A DNA stretch of 64,000 nt from Spirogloea muscicola. Its lineage: Eukaryota. The stretch lies in the NCBI GenBank assembly GCA_009602725.1, contig WELB01000022.1, forward strand, positions 966,848-1,030,847, in the 5' to 3' direction. Each line of letters starts with the position of its first letter. The stretch's first letter is position 1. This document shows, one piece after another, positions 61,503-64,000 of this stretch. The translations under genes and the position numbers were made by a program. The notes under the pieces were generated by a model. The model saw only the letters and a list, made by a program, of their open reading frames with translations, did not search any database and had not been told where the DNA came from.

Positions 61503-63719
61503 TCTCTCTCCTGACTGTACAGTTTTGAGCTCTGCCTTCTGTGCTGGTGTTAGAAGACGAAGCGCACAGGGAATGGCTGCAAGCTGCAGCCGCCACTGTC
61601 ACGCCTTGCGGGGATTTGCTGCAGCTCCCGTGTGGAGCTGCTGCCCCCGCCGCCGCTGCCGCCGCTGCCGCTGTGGCTGCTGCTGGCAACCTCACTACGC
61701 GACCCCCGTACTGCCGCGCTTGCGCGCGCTCTGCTGGGCCGGCGGGGATCGGTGGCGTACGCCCTAGTGAGTGCAAGGGAGCAAGCCCCTCCAGCCCCTC
61801 AAACCCTAAACCCGGCGGCACGCCCTAGCGCTGCCAGCCTGGATCTCACGGGTCGGCGCCAACCCCAACGGTGGAGATCCAATCGATCCACCAACCGCTG
61901 AGACCACCGGCCTTCCTAGCTCAGGGATAGACCCTGAGCCCCTCAGTACCCCGCCGACCATCCACTGTGTGTGGGCCTCATTATGCGCGCCTGGACGTGG
62001 CACCACGCGGCTCTCCACACAGTTCTGGAACCTAGATCATACGAGCTAGCAAGAGTCTCATAGATTTCTCACAACACTCCCACTCTAGCAAGTATGATCC
62101 TAACAAGACAACAAGCCAAACTATGCTCAATAATTGGACTTCCTGCTGCTTGCTCAATAATTGGACTTCTTGATAGACAACATGCACCCCCCACGCTGAC
62201 CTATAAATGACTTGGTCTTGTGCAGTTGTACAAGCGCATCAAAGTAACTTCGGGCTGCATTCACAACGTCACACAAATTGCATGCTCTTGACACCACAAT
62301 CTTTTGATGTCATTGGTTATGAATGCCTTCCAAACCGTGCCCATGAATTTGACTACTTTACAAGGGGTACGCAGTGACCAATGGCCGTAGAAAGGCAAGC
62401 GGGGGAGGGCGAGCAAGGCTTCTACTTTTCTGAGAGCCAGAAGTGTGCCAGTTGCTGCCGGAGGCACAGCTACGGCGTGACGTGTCCAGCTATCTCCACC
62501 TGTCACATCGGTGAGGAAGGCAGATATTGGCAACTTGAGTGGTGACCTCAATGCCTGGCTAGTAGAGGATGGTGTGGCTTGCTCGGTGCGTCAAAGCCTC
62601 CGCATCTTGAGTGGGAATTGTAGCCACCTGGTTCGTGGAGGAACCTGCCAGTGGCAAGATCCAGTAAGCAGTCATCCACTCCAAGGATTCATGGAGCCTG
62701 TGATTTCTGTACGCGCTTATTGACTAGTATGCTTGAAGTGGTGTCATTGACTCGACACATCAATGAATGTGCACAACAATGCGCTGCTTGACGTTGAAGG
62801 CTGTCTTTGCTCCCGTCTTGACAATTGATCTGTCTTTGCTCCCGTCAATCTTGTCTTCATTTGGCGCTTGTTTGTCAAGGAGATGCTCTGTGTACAACAG
62901 CTATTTGCTGTGCTGCTGTTGAGCACCGGCTGCCCAGGATTCACTTGTCTCGTGAGACTTGGGCCCTGGTTCTATGATATCCAACTCAAGCTGGCCTAAC
63001 TGTGGCTTTGTGACCCTGGAGATCGTGGAATCAGTTGTGAGATCGGCGTCGTGTGATGCCTCGGCATGGGTGGTCCCCGCTTCGATGATGACCTCGCTGT
63101 ACCTAGTGTTGGCGGCTGATTTTCTCTCACCCTGGTCTGTGCTGGTGCGCAATCCAACCTGGTCTGTGCTGTGCACAATCCAGATACTGATTTGGTGTTT
63201 GACACTGTAGCGTGATCAGGAAGGTGCTGTCCGCCAACATCATTGACCTAGAGGCCTGGAGTCAGTAGCAAATTGTTTTGACTTCCACTTTAAGGTCTCG
63301 GGCTCTTGCAGCTGCTAATGGTGTCATCACAACTACGGCCTGTCTCAGCAAGCCCACGGCTTGGTGAGACAGGGTTGGCCAGACATTGTCAATGCCACCT
63401 ATGGCAGTAATTGCCTTGTCATTCCATCGCCTGTATTTCCCTTGTGGTGCTAACATGTCAAGCCATGTATATCGCTTGTGGATTACATAGCATGAATCTT
63501 TGTCTCCTGCCCGAGTGGCCTGCATTATAGGCCACCTTATTGGGTGGTGAAGGGTGAGTCATCACCCAAGCTGAGTCCTAAGCATTTTTTGCAGTCGGAG
63601 CTGGAAGGCTGCTGGCACTGGATGTGCCTGCAGCTGACTAGTGCATTATAGTGTAATCTGGGGAGTGATCGTCTCCGTATTTGATTCTCAGTGCGATTGT
63701 TTTGAAAGCATGTTTGCAT

Positions 63720-64000
63720 GTTGAGCCGGAAGGCTGTGTTTGATGAAGTCTATTTACAGGCAACCGGTTTGGGCTGTGCAACTGACTGTGACGATGAGAA
63801 TGTAAAGTCACTCTGACTCTATAAGGAGTGTGGTAGTCTCACCTGGTGCGGCTTTCGGCGACTATTCAAAGGAGATTATGGTTGCATACTCCATGCTTGT
63901 TCCGGACGGGTAACCTCATCACCAATGTGGCTCACTGAAGCCCCGACGCTCTGCCGCCGTACTGTCCCATGTATCGCCTGAGTAATCTCGTGTGTAAAGA
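63720..64000 (+). mobile_element. Highly decayed Gypsy pre-RT fragment, runs off window
   Basis: CCGCCGTACTGTCCCATGTATCGCCTGAGT encodes PPYCPMYRLS. TGAGCCGGAAGGCTGT is shared with 15524. Confidence 0.5.

Noticed and set aside
61801..61810. Telomeric array (AAACCCTAAA; also ~43400)
   Set aside because: Isolated single units only.
62124..62169. 19-bp direct repeat TGCTCAATAATTGGACTTC
   Set aside because: Two copies only; most simply a local slippage duplication.

Overview
GC-rich eukaryotic nuclear DNA. The land-plant-like PRP31 and TSR3 C-termini and a plant-type mitochondrial trnC/nad1 suggest a streptophyte alga (inference). Bases 1-10.6 kb hold four tightly packed, intron-rich genes: MLF-like (+), PRP31 (-), TSR3 (+) and an AMI1-type amidase (-). 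A poly-A/N gap removes the 5' ends of PRP31 and TSR3. From about 10.7 kb onward the window is a nest of retroelements: about seven Ty3/Gypsy chromovirus copies with several LTR types, two Ty1/copia remnants, and many fragments of a CRE-like non-LTR element (RT plus restriction-like endonuclease). Notable observations: (1) a nuclear group IC1 intron core with an S1506-type guide sequence sits outside rDNA, antisense and just after the TSR3 stop; (2) an unexplained ~135-aa domain lies between Gag and protease in three diverged chromovirus lineages, possibly a degenerate Dam-like methyltransferase fold; (3) two mitochondrial fragments (nad1, trnC-GCA) are each inserted cleanly into a retrotransposon pol gene; (4) an ~11 kb inverted-repeat chromovirus dimer has outward LTRs; (5) a CRE 3'-end hairpin motif recurs in tandem and tail-to-tail arrangements. 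All calls were made by eye, with no database searches.
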